Assembly: GCF_006345805.1 (NCBI RefSeq)
Contig: NC_042999.1
Span: 29,326,001-29,390,000 of the forward strand
Direction of reading: 5' to 3'
Origin: Octopus sinensis
Lineage: Eukaryota
DNA length: 64,000 bases
In this document: piece by piece, positions 13,419-27,879 of the stretch
Layout: each line of letters opens with the position of its first letter
How positions within the stretch are numbered: position 1 is the stretch's first letter
The notes under the pieces: model-generated
Told to the model about the DNA's origin: nothing
The model's database searches: none
Seen by the model: the letters and a program-made list of their open reading frames with translations, nothing else
Program-made: the position numbers and the translations under genes

Positions 13419-13955
13419 CACATCGGCTCTCATGGCTTCTTATCTTAACTGATTGAAACTGTTATCATGTACATTGTTTTGTCTTGGTGTAAATGATGTG
13501 CTACAGCAAATATTCTGCTCAATGCCAGAGATTTGCTTGTCAGTTGTTTGACCTTAACCAGTTGAGCATGTCCCTGGTGAATGACGATGTGTGCATCTTT
13601 GATCGTGGGCAGAAGTAGTGGGAGAGTATCATAGTCATGTGTTAAAAGGTATTCTTTGGGGTTTGAATAATTCACTTGTGGAAACATTGATGTTTTGTTC
13701 AACATCCTTTAAACAAACCTTATTCAGGGACCATTTGAGGGGGATGGGTTACTCGACAAGAAGAAAATTCTAACTGAGTACCACCTGCAAACTCATGTGC
13801 TGTTTATCTTGATATGAGATCACCATGTCACTCACACATGGTTGTGATGGATGTGCTGGGTTTACCCTTATCAGACGGGTAGTCATGATGTATATACTAG
13901 ACTTTGTATATTTTACCCCAGTGTCACTTTGATGGCATGCACTGCTCTCTCACTC
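13419..13955 (+). mobile_element. Non-coding ~530 bp interspersed element embedded in (AAT)n, copy 1
   Basis: Homologous to 42760-43286 and 43630-44090 on the minus strand. It ends CACTC-AATAATAAT and has (AAT)n on both sides. Confidence 0.85.
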
Positions 13956-14036
<81 letters not shown>

Positions 14037-14244
14037 GACACACACTAGTATTCAGCTTTTATCGAGTGGCCTGCAATAATGATTTGTTTATAGTGATCAA
14101 ATATGCGTGCTGAACCTTAGCTTACTCCCGTCAGCAAATCCATGTTGCCTTAGAAAGGTTCACAGCGTAAGCACGCGTGAAGTTTCAGAGTGATCGCTGA
14201 GCAACGTGAGGTAAAGGAACGGCGGCAAAACCATAACGGCTAGG

Positions 14245-14324
14245 CGACGACGACGACGACGACGAAGAAGAAGAAGAAGAAGAAGAAGAAGAAGAAGAAG
14301 AAGAAGAAGAAGAAGAAGAAGAAG

Positions 14325-14361
<37 letters not shown>

Positions 14362-14362
14362 T
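14245..14362. repeat. Compound (GAC)n-(GAA)n-(CAA)n array
   Basis: Seen directly. Confidence 0.95.
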
Positions 14363-15015
14363 CACTTATTCAACTCGTATACTTTTATATGGCTCCTACT
14401 TGAAGAATAACGAACATCTTTCAAAGTAATTTTTTACTTTTTACTTATTTTCATTACTTAGATTTCCGGTTAATATAGCAGTCCGGTATAATTACTTCCA
14501 TGTCGTAGTCCTCCCCTATACGGTAAACAAAAATACAACAATATTTATGTCAGTGTGATCGAACACAATTTCTTTAGCTAGATTAAGTTTATGCATTTGT
14601 GAATTACTATTTTCTAATATAAACTTAGCTAAAAGAAACGCCATTTGGTTTTTCTAAAGCTGTGTGTAATTGCACTACAACATTGACATGGAATATTGCA
14701 ATATTAGAATGTAAAGACAAAAGTGCCTAAATCAAGCTTTCGTATTTTGTAGAATTTTAGACATCCAAGAATTATAGATATATATCGAAATTAGTATAAT
14801 ATAAAAGAGAAAAGTGTTAGCAATATTCTTTTGTTTTCAGAAGGATATTTTGTGAACAGCTATATATAAATTCATGCTGTTTTCGATGCCTCTATGCCTG
14901 CTTTTACAGCTTAACTTTATAAGGAATGGTGTAGAAAAATGTCTTATGCTCAGGCTATACTCTATATTTCAAACGATTGAAGTTTAACAGAAAATCCTTA
15001 GTAAGAGGAGGAAAA

Positions 15016-15825
15016 ATAACTTACCAATATCATGGATCGTCTACCGTAATGCTTACGATAAGATCCCACACTCTTGGATAATGGAACGTATGAACCTATT
15101 TGGTATTGCATCGAATGTTCAGCGATTGCTTGGAAAAAGTATGGCGAAGTGGAGGACGGATCTGGCAGCATAGGGAAGGAGATTAGGACCAGTAGAAATC
15201 AGGAGAGGCACTTTCTAATGGGACTACCTGTCGCCACTGGTCTTTGTACTGTGCTTGATAGAACTAACACTGATTGCGAGGAAAGCTAAAGCTGGGTATG
15301 TATTCAAACCCCGCCAACAAAAAGTCAACCATTTGTTATTTATGACCTCAAACCTTATAGTAAAGATGAAGTCCAAATCAGTAACCACGCTCATACGATG
15401 TTTACCTTCAGTGTTGATATCAGACTAGTGTTAGGACTGAGAGAGTGTGATGTGTTAGACTTGAAGAAAGACTAAATAAAACGGATGGACGGGCTATCGA
15501 TACCCTCGGGGGAGGCTATGAAGCAGATAAAAGAGACGGGTATAAGTACCTGGTGATTTTGGAAATGGATAAATTGGAAGAAAAAGAAAAGTAAGAAAAA
15601 ATTAAGGTGGAGTACTTGCGTAGACTGAGCCTGAAACTTAAGTCGAAATTAAACAGACGGAATAAGATTGAAGCTACCAACACCAGGGCGGTTCCACTCC
15701 TTAGATATAGAACAGGGTTATCGCAAGGACAGCAGACGAATTAAACAGATTAGATAGAAAGATAAGGAAGTTGTTAACTAGATATGAGACTCGCCAGCCA
15801 AAAGTGACACAGACAGACTATGAAT
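15016..15825 (+). mobile_element. Degenerate R4-clade LINE RT fragment
   Basis: WIVYRNAYDKIPHSWI, IRRGTF*WDYLSPLVFVL, KVNHLLFM-DLK, YKYLVILE and NKIEATNTRAVP, with stops and frameshifts. Confidence 0.85.
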
Positions 15826-18800
15826 GGGGTAATATTATCAAAAATATTCGTGGTATAGTAGCGAATCCTTACAATAGGATGTATAAAATTTTCTGCACAA
15901 ACGCCACAATAATCAAGGCAATTTCTGCATAAGTGCTATAATGCCATAGACAACATGGATCGTTCTTAATTCTGTCCTAAACGTACTTGGAGTAAATATT
16001 GTATAAGCTACCGATAAACTAAGTACCAGGCTTAGACAAATATGTACTGGAACCGGCTAGTTGTACAAAAACCCTTCAGGGTGGTGCCCAAGCATCTCCA
16101 CATCCCATAGGATAAAGGTAACAGACGCAGCCCCGGAAGTAAAAATGTTATGCTATTCCAGGAATGTGCATGGCATCTGATTGATATATTTCCTACAATG
16201 AGAATCTCATTAGTATATTCCTCACAATAAGAATACTAGGATATATAAAATGTGTGCGTTATTGATTGCCTCGCTGTATTTCGCAAACTATGTTATGAAT
16301 GTGCAGCTGAAACATTTCTCTATATGTTTTCCAGTAAGTATCTTGACATTACCTCAAAAGCAAAAAAAACACACTTGTTTCAAATCGTGAATATTAAAGC
16401 TGCTGCTGCAGATGAAGATGACGATGACAATTAAGAGGAGGACGAGGAAGAAGGGGAAGAGGAGAGGAGAGAGGCAGGAAAAGCAAATGTTTGGTACAAG
16501 TCCAGCAGATTTCGAGTTGATGATGAGACGATTACATTCATGACTCTGGCTCAAACATACCTTATCGACTCCGAAAGATTTACAGGTTAAATCGAACATA
16601 TCGGAATGCTTTAACTCACAAGTAAAGATACCGCTAATCATTTTTCTCGGTGTACTAACAACTTTCTCTCTAAAATTTTAATTCAACGTATGTCCTCTTT
16701 TAAGCAAAACAGTGAACCTATATCACAAAGCAAATTTTTCCCCCATCCCCCAATTATTTATAAACACATTTCTGCAAGTAAGTCACCTTGATATATCGTA
16801 TAAACTCTTGTGGCAGGTTTAAATTCCATTCCATACACTCATTTATTATTATTCATTTGAACGATACAATTTAAGTAATATTTGCCTTACATTTTTATCA
16901 AGCCGAGTAATCGTGTGTATGATATTTCGATCAGCGATGTAAATCTAAGTTCTTAAGAGATGAAATCTAAACAAATAAAATAATAATTTACTTACGTTCT
17001 CAAACACTGAGACTTCCCATTGAAAATTTAAATAAGTTAAAGTTGTGAAATCCTGAGAAAAAATCGGTTTTCCCCTTAAAAAGAGAAATTTATCAAAGCA
17101 TTTTAATATTTGAATCCAGTTATTATTATTGTTTTGCGAATGAAGACGTGCAAATAATCTCCTTAGAGATCCTTTAGCTTGTAATTCTGGTTGTTTCCAT
17201 TGATTGTCTGTCATATATGTTACAGGATGAAGAAATCTTGCAGCACTACACTCAGGGAAATTATTCCAGATATTAGTAGTTGTTTCTAATACTTGCGAGT
17301 ATTTGTCACTAGGATTTTAAGACGGGCAATGTTTTAAAATATTCACAGTGTAGCACACACGTATTTTGGACCATCTGCATTGTATGAAATTTAAAACACA
17401 ATAAACTAGTGTCCCATTCTATAACAGATTTTAAAATATTCGTATATCATTTCCAAACTATAAAATAACGCATAGCAAAAGAAATGATGGTTATAATTTT
17501 AAAATATGAGTGCAACACCTCCAAAATTATCTTGTGTGCACATATAATACACCTTGAATACGACATTTTAGAAAATATAAATTGAAACAACGGAAAAATA
17601 TTGATTTAAAAATTCTACAGAAAATAAATAATGCGATGTTATAAAAACTAAGAGACGGATATCAATAATGACAACTACATGAACAACACTACACTTTGTA
17701 TCTGTATCACCATTTATAAAAATATGTGCCAATGATATGCAGCAGCAGTATCACCAATGCTAATGACTAAAACAGCGTCAATAACAGCGAACTGAAGATC
17801 AACTTCTCTATCAATATGGTAGAGTGGTTTAATTTATTTCATCTCCTTCAGAGCAACATTGAGCCAAATATCAGTGCTTTGAAGCCTTATCGATCAACTT
17901 AGGCTGATATCTGTAAGACTATATTACAGCAACTATTCCAGTGTATTCATTAAAATCATACAGCACACCTAAATGCATTCTTTCATGATCTCCCTTAATG
18001 GCTATCGTTTGATACAAAAAGCACCGTTTTTATAAGTTATTGAAAGCTAGCAATCATTACGTGAAGCAGAAATGGACATATTGTTGATGGAAGTTGGTTA
18101 ATGTTTGTATTTATCACCAATGCGTTTGGTAACAATAGAATAACATGTGGGATTTATGTAATTAATGCTTTAGAAGCCTCATTCCAAACGAAAACAAATA
18201 CGGATAAGACATGCTTATGATTTTAAGAAGGCGTATGAAGGAACATTAATATGCCATTATCTAATATTTTCTCGTTATGTTCACAGAAATAATTTTGGTG
18301 CAACCAGATGGAATCAACTGAAACAATTTTGCAACCAACTCTTTTATAAACTATAACGAGTATTATGGTATGATTTATTTGTTTCTTTTAAATATCGAGC
18401 CGAGAATTCACTAAAATGAAATGATTGCTTCCATATGGATAAACGAAGATTTCTTTCATGCATATTTTCATTGGAAAGCAAGCTATACTATAGCAGGAAG
18501 AGTCAACTTTATATTTGTATTTGAGTTAACACACACTTCCATATTATGATTAACTATTATTATTTTATTCGACAACACTTCAGTCTTGACCGAGCAGACA
18601 CATTCTCATATCAGTTCCAGCTGTTACCACCACATATTTTATTCAAAAATCATTTAATCTGAAAAATATCGTTTAAATATGCTCTTCTTTGTGCAGCTAT
18701 TTGTAGCATATGGTACGAATATATTTTGTGTCATATTAGTTGTGATGTCTTTGTAGTTTCACGTCATCGCTTATGTTGCAGATATTGTGAAAAACTTGCC

Positions 18801-19184
18801 ATCAACGTACCTATCATCTATGAATATATATAATCACGACACACTTAACTTTTACTTTGATTCCTGATTTTGATGGAACATAAGCTACTTGTTCTGTCAA
18901 CAAAGACAAACGCGTGGAGGAACCGTCTTTGTATCACCGTTAATAGTGCAATAAGAGGATTTGTTATTAAGCGACTTATCTATCATTTTATATCTCTGGT
19001 TAATTTTCTTTTCTTTGACGTAGTCGGAAATAGATATCAGGTTTTCATTGACGACTATGCTATCTAAATTCATTAGCTATCAGATAGGATGATGTGGTTC
19101 CATATACAACTTTAGTTTTCCTATCAAATATATCAACGTATAGTACTACATGCAGTAAAGCATATATATGTCTATGTGTGTGAT

Positions 19185-19236
19185 TGTGTGTGTATGTGTA
19201 TAGATGTATGTACGTATATATATATATATATATATA

Positions 19237-19331
<95 letters not shown>

Positions 19332-19350
19332 GTGTGTGTGTATGCGTGCG
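19185..19350. repeat. (TA)n/(TG)n compound microsatellite
   Basis: Seen directly. Confidence 0.95.
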
Positions 19351-20419
19351 TTTGTGTGAGTATGTATCCATCCTAATATATGTCATTTCTCATTATATTA
19401 ATGACCTAACATATCATTGATTATATTTCACGAACAGATTTTTTTTCTTTTTTAATTACATCAGTTTATACTAAATTGTCATTTCTTACTGACAAGATGA
19501 ATATTATCTATGTTAAACTATACATAATTAATGAATGGCTTTTCGGAGAAGCAAACTTTCACCTATTTGAAGCAAAATAAAAAATCTTAATCATAAAGAA
19601 ATGATTTTGGATAACAATTATAGTACAGTCAATATATTATTCTTAGACAGTGCACAATTACCATTGCTCAAATTCTCTATGGCATTGGCTCTAACAAACA
19701 TTTAGAAACAAGCCAACATACACAACACAGATAGGTTTTGTTTTGGGCACGAAAACATCCACATTAATGTATGTCAAACCTAAAACATATAGCCAGCTAA
19801 ATTCTTATTATTCTTCTATAGAGTGAAATAAATTTTCTTTGGTAGGGCACCTATGCAAGTTTTACTCGAATATCCGATTTATGTGCTTAATTAAATATTC
19901 CAGAGACAATTGTAACACACTCTCTATAATAGACGGTTATCCAGTTTGAAATTAGTATGTGAATTGCTGTGCAAGAAACAATTTTTTATCTACTAAAAGT
20001 AAAAAATATGTAAGCATATACACGCACGCGCCTTCAATATATTTTAGGAATCGCCGTTGTTTATGTTGATGTGAAGTGAACTAAAATAAGTATGTTTCTT
20101 GTGACAATCATGTACATTATAAAATGCAATCCTTTGCGAGCTTCCTTAGAAACATTTTAAGAACGAGCTCTGATACTTGTCCAGCTCTGATCCTTCTGTG
20201 TACAATCCCATTAAGTCCGACTCCGGTTTCTTTCTCTCTCCCCATGATGAGAAATAAATATCATTAATAGGAAACAATTCCTTCTCCGTTAGAAACATCA
20301 TCTTGATAAGTGTTACAAAGTATCATTGACAATATATTTTCTTGAGAATGTAGAGGAGTTGAGCTAGGATCTTGCTAATTCTCATTCAACTAGGAGAATT
20401 CATCTACGAAGCAATTGCC

Positions 20420-20600
20420 CCAGCTGCCCTTCAGGGTTGGCGAAAACGATCTGGTGAACCGGTGGAATAAGGAGTGGTTGAAATTTACGCGGTCGTTAGC
20501 CTCAAATCGCCAGTCCTGGTCGGCGTTTGTGAGAGGTGCAGCATTGAGGATGAATGAAGCCAGCTCAACCCACCTTGGGTGAATGCTGTCTCAAAACATA
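20420..20600 (+). mobile_element. Probable RTE-like LINE 3' fragment
   Basis: GWRKRSG...WLKFTRSLASNRQSWSAFV resembles the RTE C-terminal LA.NR..W...V motif. Confidence 0.45.
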
Positions 20601-20834
20601 ATCTAGCGAATCATCCTAATGAAAATAAGTGATAGCCTAAGTGAGATCATGCTAATTACCTTTCAGGTATCTGCTCCTTTCATTTTCTTACTCTTGATGT
20701 AATTGGCCAAAATTTCAAATTTCAAGAAGGATTGCTGCTGACTGTTTGATCACCAGTAAAACTACTTGCGTACAAATCATTTTATCAGTACGTATGAAAT
20801 AGCGGTTTCCAATTTTTGCAAAAGGCCGGCATTT

Positions 20835-21018
20835 TGGAGGTAGGGATGAAGTCACTTATATCGGGCCTAGTACTCAACAGCTACATATTTTATTGATCCC
20901 GAAACGTTAAAAGGTGAAGTCGACCACGGCGGGATTAGAACGTAGAACGTGAAGACGTGTGAGATACTGCTAAATATTTTGTTCTGCGTCCCAACGATTG
21001 TGCCTGCTCATCGCCTTA
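20835..21018 (-). mobile_element. Degenerate SINE, family A
   Basis: TTATTGATCCCGAAACG...GTCGACCACGGCGGGATTAGAAC...CTCATCGCCTTAA aligns to the reverse complement of the 4604 family. Confidence 0.7.
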
Positions 21019-21089
21019 ATACATATGGAATACTGGAACAAAACGTCGATCGATAATATTGATTGTAAAAGCAAATCTAGTGGATAGGA

Positions 21090-21240
21090 AATTCGATTAC
21101 ACCAACAACATTGCGCTATTGGTGCTCATTTTCTCCAATGTAAAGTCGACCTTGGCGGAATTTGAACTCAGAACTTGAAAACTGATAAATGTTCGTGAGA
21201 ACTTCGTTCGCGTGCTAAATAATCTGTAACCTCGCCGCTT
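21090..21240 (-). mobile_element. Degenerate SINE, family A
   Basis: TAAAGTCGACCTTGGCGGAATTTGAACTCAGAAC...CTCGCCGCTT. Confidence 0.7.
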
Positions 21241-22194
21241 TATTTCAGCTATAAATATTACCAAGTGATTCACACTAAGATTAAAATAATAAAATAATTT
21301 AGAAAATTTTGCTGTTCAAATACACAGATATTGTTAATCACTACTTTCATTGGTTGAGAGAAAACGCATAAAAACTACAATTAAATAGTATAATAAGGAG
21401 GAAACATTTTCTAGCTAACAATATTATGATCCTACTGGGGCACAATTCTATTAATCCATTAATCTAATTAAAGTTATTTTGAGTAAACACAATTTCGATA
21501 TAATAAAACATATATTCGTTTATTCATGTTTATAAGAATTTCAATAACATTAGGTGGAACCAATATTCGCTTGGCCCGGCTAGCAATTAGAAACATATGA
21601 ACCAGGTCGCATTTCGCTTTCACAGTCTGAATACATCGCCATACATCGCCTCCCGTTACTACAAACCAATAATATTTTGAAATTTAAATAACTCGAGAAC
21701 ACAGTAATATTATTTTCTTTGAAATAACTCATGACAAAGTGTGATGCATAAAATGCATCCAAATTGAATAATGCATCAGTTTTCTCTTTGCATAAAGTAT
21801 TATAATAGAATACATTCGTTGAATTAATGCTGATATTTTCATAAAAAAAAGGGTGAGTTGTTAGAATACATTTGTTCTTTGATCATGTTCTGATATATTT
21901 CCATAAATATTTTTGATTCTAATTTTATTTGTATCTCTTACTTTTTCTCATTACTGTTGTGTAACATATACACTTACAGTATCAAGAGCGCTGTATCTCA
22001 AAAGGAAATCTATCCGTGCTGAAGTATTATTTTCCCTTGAATCTGCTCGTACCTTCCGTGTTTATCCCTCATAAAATACCTGAATATATTCGTCTTTTCA
22101 CTAGATTTAGAATTTCTTTTTAAAATTAGAAATCACTTTGATGAAGTTTCTCGAGTTATTTTCTTTCTTCTTTTTTATTCATTCATAAGTTCAT

Positions 22195-22225
22195 TATTGT
22201 TGTTGTTATCGCTGTTATTGTTGCG

Positions 22226-22296
<71 letters not shown>

Positions 22297-22297
22297 T
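22195..22297. repeat. (ATT)n array
   Basis: Seen directly. Confidence 0.95.
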
Positions 22298-23599
22298 CTT
22301 AGTGAGGGAAGCAAAAGAATAACTTCACCATAAGATATCGAATTCTAGTGGCAAAAAATGTACTTAATTACTTGTACAAGTAACATTTACCAAATATAAC
22401 TGTCACGAAGACACGGACTGCGAGAGATTTCGGTCTCTGTATTGGCATTGCTATGTACGTTTGTTATCGGATAAAATAGCTGTTCCATAGTATCTAGCTA
22501 GCAAGCTATTCATTATCCACTAATTCAAAAAAATCGAATTCATTTTTCTGTTTCAAAAACAGCATGGTTTCAACACGCAATGTATCGTAGACTTAAAAAA
22601 GATTTGCCCGACTTCTTTGAATTACTACTTTTCTTAACGATGCGAGGCTACATAGCAATGCAATGAAAATGAGGAACCCGTGACTGCTAAACAACTATTA
22701 AAGTGATGCCCAGTAGAGCACACATATTCATACATGGAGATAATCATACATGTATCTATACAAATATTGTTATATTTATAGGTACATAGACTTGTTTCTG
22801 GGCTACAAACATACACTATGTGTGCGTGCGTGTTTGTATATGAGCTCCTGGGCGACATGAAATGTGGAGATAAAGAGTATCGTTGGAGTAAAATCTCAAA
22901 CTCAAATAACAGGATAAATAATTCTACATCTGTTCAGTTATATCACACTTGCGAACATTAACATGTTTAGCGGAGATGCTCCTACATACATAGCTAGTTG
23001 CATACATTCATACATGCATACAGTCAGTAACACATGCATACACACATATATACATACATAAATACATGCTCACATATGTACAATTACATAGTTATAAGCT
23101 CAGTAGTTTTACGAAGGAATATACATTTTAATATCACATTTTCCAACTTTATATTTTTCATCTTCAAATAATTCTTAAAACAAATTTTGGAACGTGATAG
23201 ATACCATGCATCTATTATGTGTACAAGTATGTGCATCTTGTTATTTATTTTTATTTCAAGATTTTTATGACCATAGACAAATAGACGGTTTCTAACTTAG
23301 ATCCAAATCTCCTTCATTGGAATTTCAGCAACATTAACAGTTACATTGTGCATGTTTGTGTGTATGTGTGTATTATTTGGAGTTTTTGCACGTTCAGATT
23401 TGTATGTTCTGTTTTATATGTGTGTTGCCATGCATGTAGTTGCATGTGTAGACATGCAGATATATATTTAAACGCTAAACTTGTGAGAAGTTTTACAAAA
23501 TTTGACATTTCCATTCATAGTTCGAATCTATAATCTTCTAATTAGCTTTGTCCTTTCTTCTGTTGAGAAATTTAATTCCACAATATTGGTGCTTAGTTA

Positions 23600-25340
23600 T
23601 TTTGTTACACATCCGAGCAACACAATATTTACAGGTATAAACTCGAACTTTTAATTTTGGAAAAGTAGATGGAAATTTCTCAGTCAATAAGTGTAGCTCT
23701 TTTATTTTCACTGATATTCAGCTTTATGTTGGTATTCACTGTACATTGTTTGTCTTCGCATTCCAAAATCTCTACGCGTAGCCTCTCATGTTAACATATA
23801 TTTAATTTTTCACTGAGATATTCCGCCACTTCTCCTTTGTATTATGTGTTGTAATGGCTTTTACCATACCGCGGGTTCTTTTCTCTTTGGCTTCAGGAAT
23901 ATTTTCCACATGAATCACATTATACACTGTATTGGATACAACATCATATCCCCTCTATAAACTAATAAGCGCTAAGAATTTTGGAAAACAGTTTATGACG
24001 TGGTGAAGGCGGATTATCGTCGCTAACTCGACAATGTCGACATCGGTTATCACTCTTTGGTGTTTTTGTATGTTTCATAGCCTTGTTTTGTTATTCCCTG
24101 TCCCTGGATGGCCAAGGCCCGCCCTTCAAATTGAGAGTAATCCGTTTGCTTAACCATGATAGTTTTATTGATGAATGTTACTGCAATCCAAGAACTTGCT
24201 TATAACATATGCAAGCAATGTGTCACGCTGATATACACTCATTGTTTCATCTGGTGATGCATTGCTGGAGAGTTGTGCAACGATTTGGTCATGTATTCAA
24301 GGTTATCAAACAAGGGATATTGCTGGAGGTGCTGCTTTCCAAGTTTCACGATGTTATCTGCTTCATGTACAAAACCTTGGAGAAGGGATTCCTTTTGACA
24401 CTTCGAGATTAAAAGACCTTGACGAAGGGATATAATATGACATTCATAGACAGTTTGGATCGATATTCAACCTGTGCCTCCGTGTTTATTTATAAATAAA
24501 ATCGGTGTAAGTCGCCGTTGATGTGAAAACATGAATAGCTCGAATTTCATCAAGCGCGCTATCAAATAGCTCAATTTGTGGCACGAATACTGGCACGGCA
24601 AACACATTGTAGGCCGCTAACGTTTCATTGAATGCACAAAGTTCTAAGGTCCATATTTTCCTCATCCAGTTGGAAAATACTTTACGACCAAGTGCCTTAA
24701 TGCCAGTAACTCCGTAATACATTAAATGTCTTCTATCTTTATATTCTTCAACATTCTTCATCAGATAGAGGAGAAACATTTAAATCATTGATGGCGATGC
24801 TATTAGTGTTGGGTACAATTTTCCCTCTTTTCACAAACATACAGCAATAATCTTACCCTGTATCCCATGAGAACTACGTACCAGAAGTTTAGGTTCTTTT
24901 TCGTCTCATGCATATGTTTGGGATACAGTGTCAATTCATCTGTAAAGAAGCAGTGTATTTTGGTATTTCTCTTGTCAACATTTCCGATTTCCTCAATATA
25001 AGTGGGAAAATTTTTATTGAAAAATGCTTTCCCCTTGGAAAGTACGTCTGCAATACAGTATTATTTGTGATAATACAATCACCCCTCGTGTTCAACTTCA
25101 GGATGAAATTATGCGAGCTATGGATTTGAATATGCTTTCTAGAAATTCAGGTTTCAGCATCCATGATTTGGTCAACGCAACTCCTTTTTTGTAGTCTCAC
25201 CGCATTGAAACAATCTTTTTCTAAGGCTTCCAAAACACCGGAATTACAGTTTTATTTATCAGCAAATTCTCTGTGCATCACTGGATACTAATCTTCCCTG
25301 TGGCCTTTTCTGCTGTGTCCTTGTTTTTACTATACAATGG
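23600..25340 (-). mobile_element. Highly degenerate R4-clade LINE (RT C-terminus, CCHC and REL region)
   Basis: ORF 24486-24779 contains WMRKIWTLELCAFNETLAAYNVFAVPVF. Downstream are LAIQGQGI and SDNRCRHCRV. Confidence 0.65.
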
Positions 25341-27790
25341 AGAAAGATATATAAACATGTTGTATATATTTTATAAATTACGTTCTAGCACTTAGTGACC
25401 GGTTTTGGCAATTGGTTGATTCTTCGTTAGTAGATCGGTTTTGTATCTGACAAACCAACCAATTATAATTCTATTACTACTGAGAGCTTGCTGGCTTTCT
25501 GTGTCGTATCCCATCATCAGCGTGTGACAATCACCAGCTAGCCCCAGGAGATATATTATTCAGCTGTGAGATTACAGCAACATTCGTCCTAAACAAGGAC
25601 TACCATGTTATGTTGGCAAATAAGTTTTACTCCAAAGTTCTGTTGCTGAATATCTCTCGTTGTGAGATTTATAAATAGTAATTTTCTATATGCTTTTTTC
25701 ACTGACAAACTGTGGCCGATCTTGAGAAAGGAGAAGCAAGCAATAATATATATCTGAGCGAGATGTAAACAGTAGCAGCACGGAATCGTGAAGTCTGCTT
25801 GCCATCTAAATATGACGGACCCATAGGGGATAATGCTACTGTTGTTTATAAGTCTTACTGTGGATATAAACAACAGAAGCATCGTCCCCCATTGGTCCGC
25901 CACATTTAGGTGGTAAATATACTTGACGATTCCGACTACTCTCTATTAGGTCTGAGGGCATGGATTCACCTATCCACAACATATAAAAACCGTGGCTGCT
26001 GCTTCAATGTTGCTAACCTGGAATGTTTCCAGGAATCTGTTTTTTAAGGTCACATATTTGTGAGAGCCAGTAGTCCTTTTAGGATGTCAAGCATCCAAGG
26101 CTGTTGTTACAAAAAAATGTTCTGTCAAATGAGATGACCTTCCAGATGGTCAACTGTGCTCGAAAGTCTGAAACGAGAGTGAGTCGAGGAATCGTTTATT
26201 CTGATTCACACATCTACAGATTTAGAGAGAGGATACTAAGCAATTTTAGTTCGGGTCTCATTTTCAGAATAATCGGAAATGTGAAGATTAACTCGAAAAT
26301 TTGTCTGCATTGACAGTCCTTCCCTATAGTCTACTTATAAGTTCATAAGGAATACCCTACACTTAAAAAAGAAAAAAAAGCGACGTGTGTAAACGACCAA
26401 AACGAGGTAGAAACTTTCAGGTTGTAGGTACTCGTCAGAAACAATCAATCTGACGCGTAAAGACAATGGACTTGATGGTAGTTTTAAGCAGGCAACATCT
26501 TTGCTTGTTACTATTAAAACAGGTCAGGATGTATATGTGGCTTTTGAGTGACTACAATAAACTACAATTAGCAAATTTTAAAAGCTATAAATTTGAAATT
26601 TATTAATTAAGGGCCAAAAGAATGCCGTTTTCATAATTAGCATAAAAAAACTATATTCATACAGCTCCGAAATAAGGTGTCATTCTTTCAACATAATTGA
26701 AGTAAGGACTAGTTTTGCATCAAAGTGAGAGTTGAAAGAGATAAATTGCTAGGGAGAAAAATATTACTAGGAGAGATAATTGTTTATTCATTTATTTTGT
26801 ACTAAAAGGGAGGTAAGTTTGTATTTTTATATTTTTTTCTTGTTTATTTTCTGTATTACCCCAAATTAAAAATGATTCTACGTAACCATAAACGGATTAA
26901 GCGCAGCGAACATCCTAAGACATTCAATAAAATCCTCACCAATGCCAAAATATTCTCTAGAATAACAGATGTAAGTGTCGTAAATTTGTAGCCGTCCTAA
27001 TTGCGAAACATATCCCAGCCTGTTGGAAGGATGGGAATTCCATTTTAGACAAGGACACATATTCAAAATCAACTCTAACATCACTTGCGCCTCCCAAAAC
27101 ATTATTTACATAATTACATTCTCGTGCTGCCATAAAAGCTATATTAGCTCAACAGGCAATTCGCTCTAAAAGAGATGTACGGTCCAACCACATCAAATTT
27201 CATCCCCACGATATCGCCAAGTATAACTCAGTCAACAGATTGAGAAGGTTACAAAAAGATTAGAACCACAATTCGTAGTTTTCCCATTTTATCAACTTGC
27301 CGTCTCTACCGCAACACAATTAAACTGAATATAGAAGCCTCATTTACCCCAAAATATAAGCCAGAATTAAATGTGAACCCGTATTAAAAATAAAGGACTT
27401 ACTCCATCTAATGGAAGGTGTAACCCGGTATAATGTAGAGAACACAAAACACAATTCAGATTTAAGTCCGCTTTACTGCAAAATAAATGAGTGAACAATT
27501 GTCTACCCTATCAATATATTTCCCCCTAGCAATTTATCACTTTCAACTCTCAGTTTGATGAGCAATGCGAAAGCGGTCCTTACCTCAGTGATGTTGAAAG
27601 GACAAACGCTTATTTTGTACAAAGTCATATAATGTTTTTATCGTGGCTCTAATATACTCTAAAATCCCGTAAATCATCTTTTATGTTTTTAACATTTTGT
27701 CTTTCTTACTCTCTCTCTCTCTCTCCCTCCCTGTATATATATATATATATATATATATAAGCGAGAAAGAAGCAACAAGAATGGATAGGT

Positions 27791-27879
27791 TTTTAGTACG
27801 ATCGTTTCATACAAGGACAGGTTTATTAAAAGTTGCAAAGATTACAGCATATAACGAGTCCCGTACTCATCAGCTAAAA
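27791..27879 (-). ncRNA. Type I hammerhead ribozyme (left arm)
   Basis: Minus strand reads TTTTAG-CTGATGA-GTACGGGAC...GTCCTTGTAT-GAAAC-GATC-GTA-CTAAAA: 6 bp stem I, ~9 bp stem II with one bulge, and a GUA cleavage triplet. Confidence 0.85.

Noticed and set aside
25470-25530. Minus-strand CTGATGA...GAAA with a possible stem III
   Set aside because: Stem I does not pair and stem II has only 2 bp. Chance hits of this kind are expected in 64 kb.
25400-26330. Possible old RTE RT remnant on the minus strand
   Set aside because: Only faint similarity (LAGDCH). Too weak to call.
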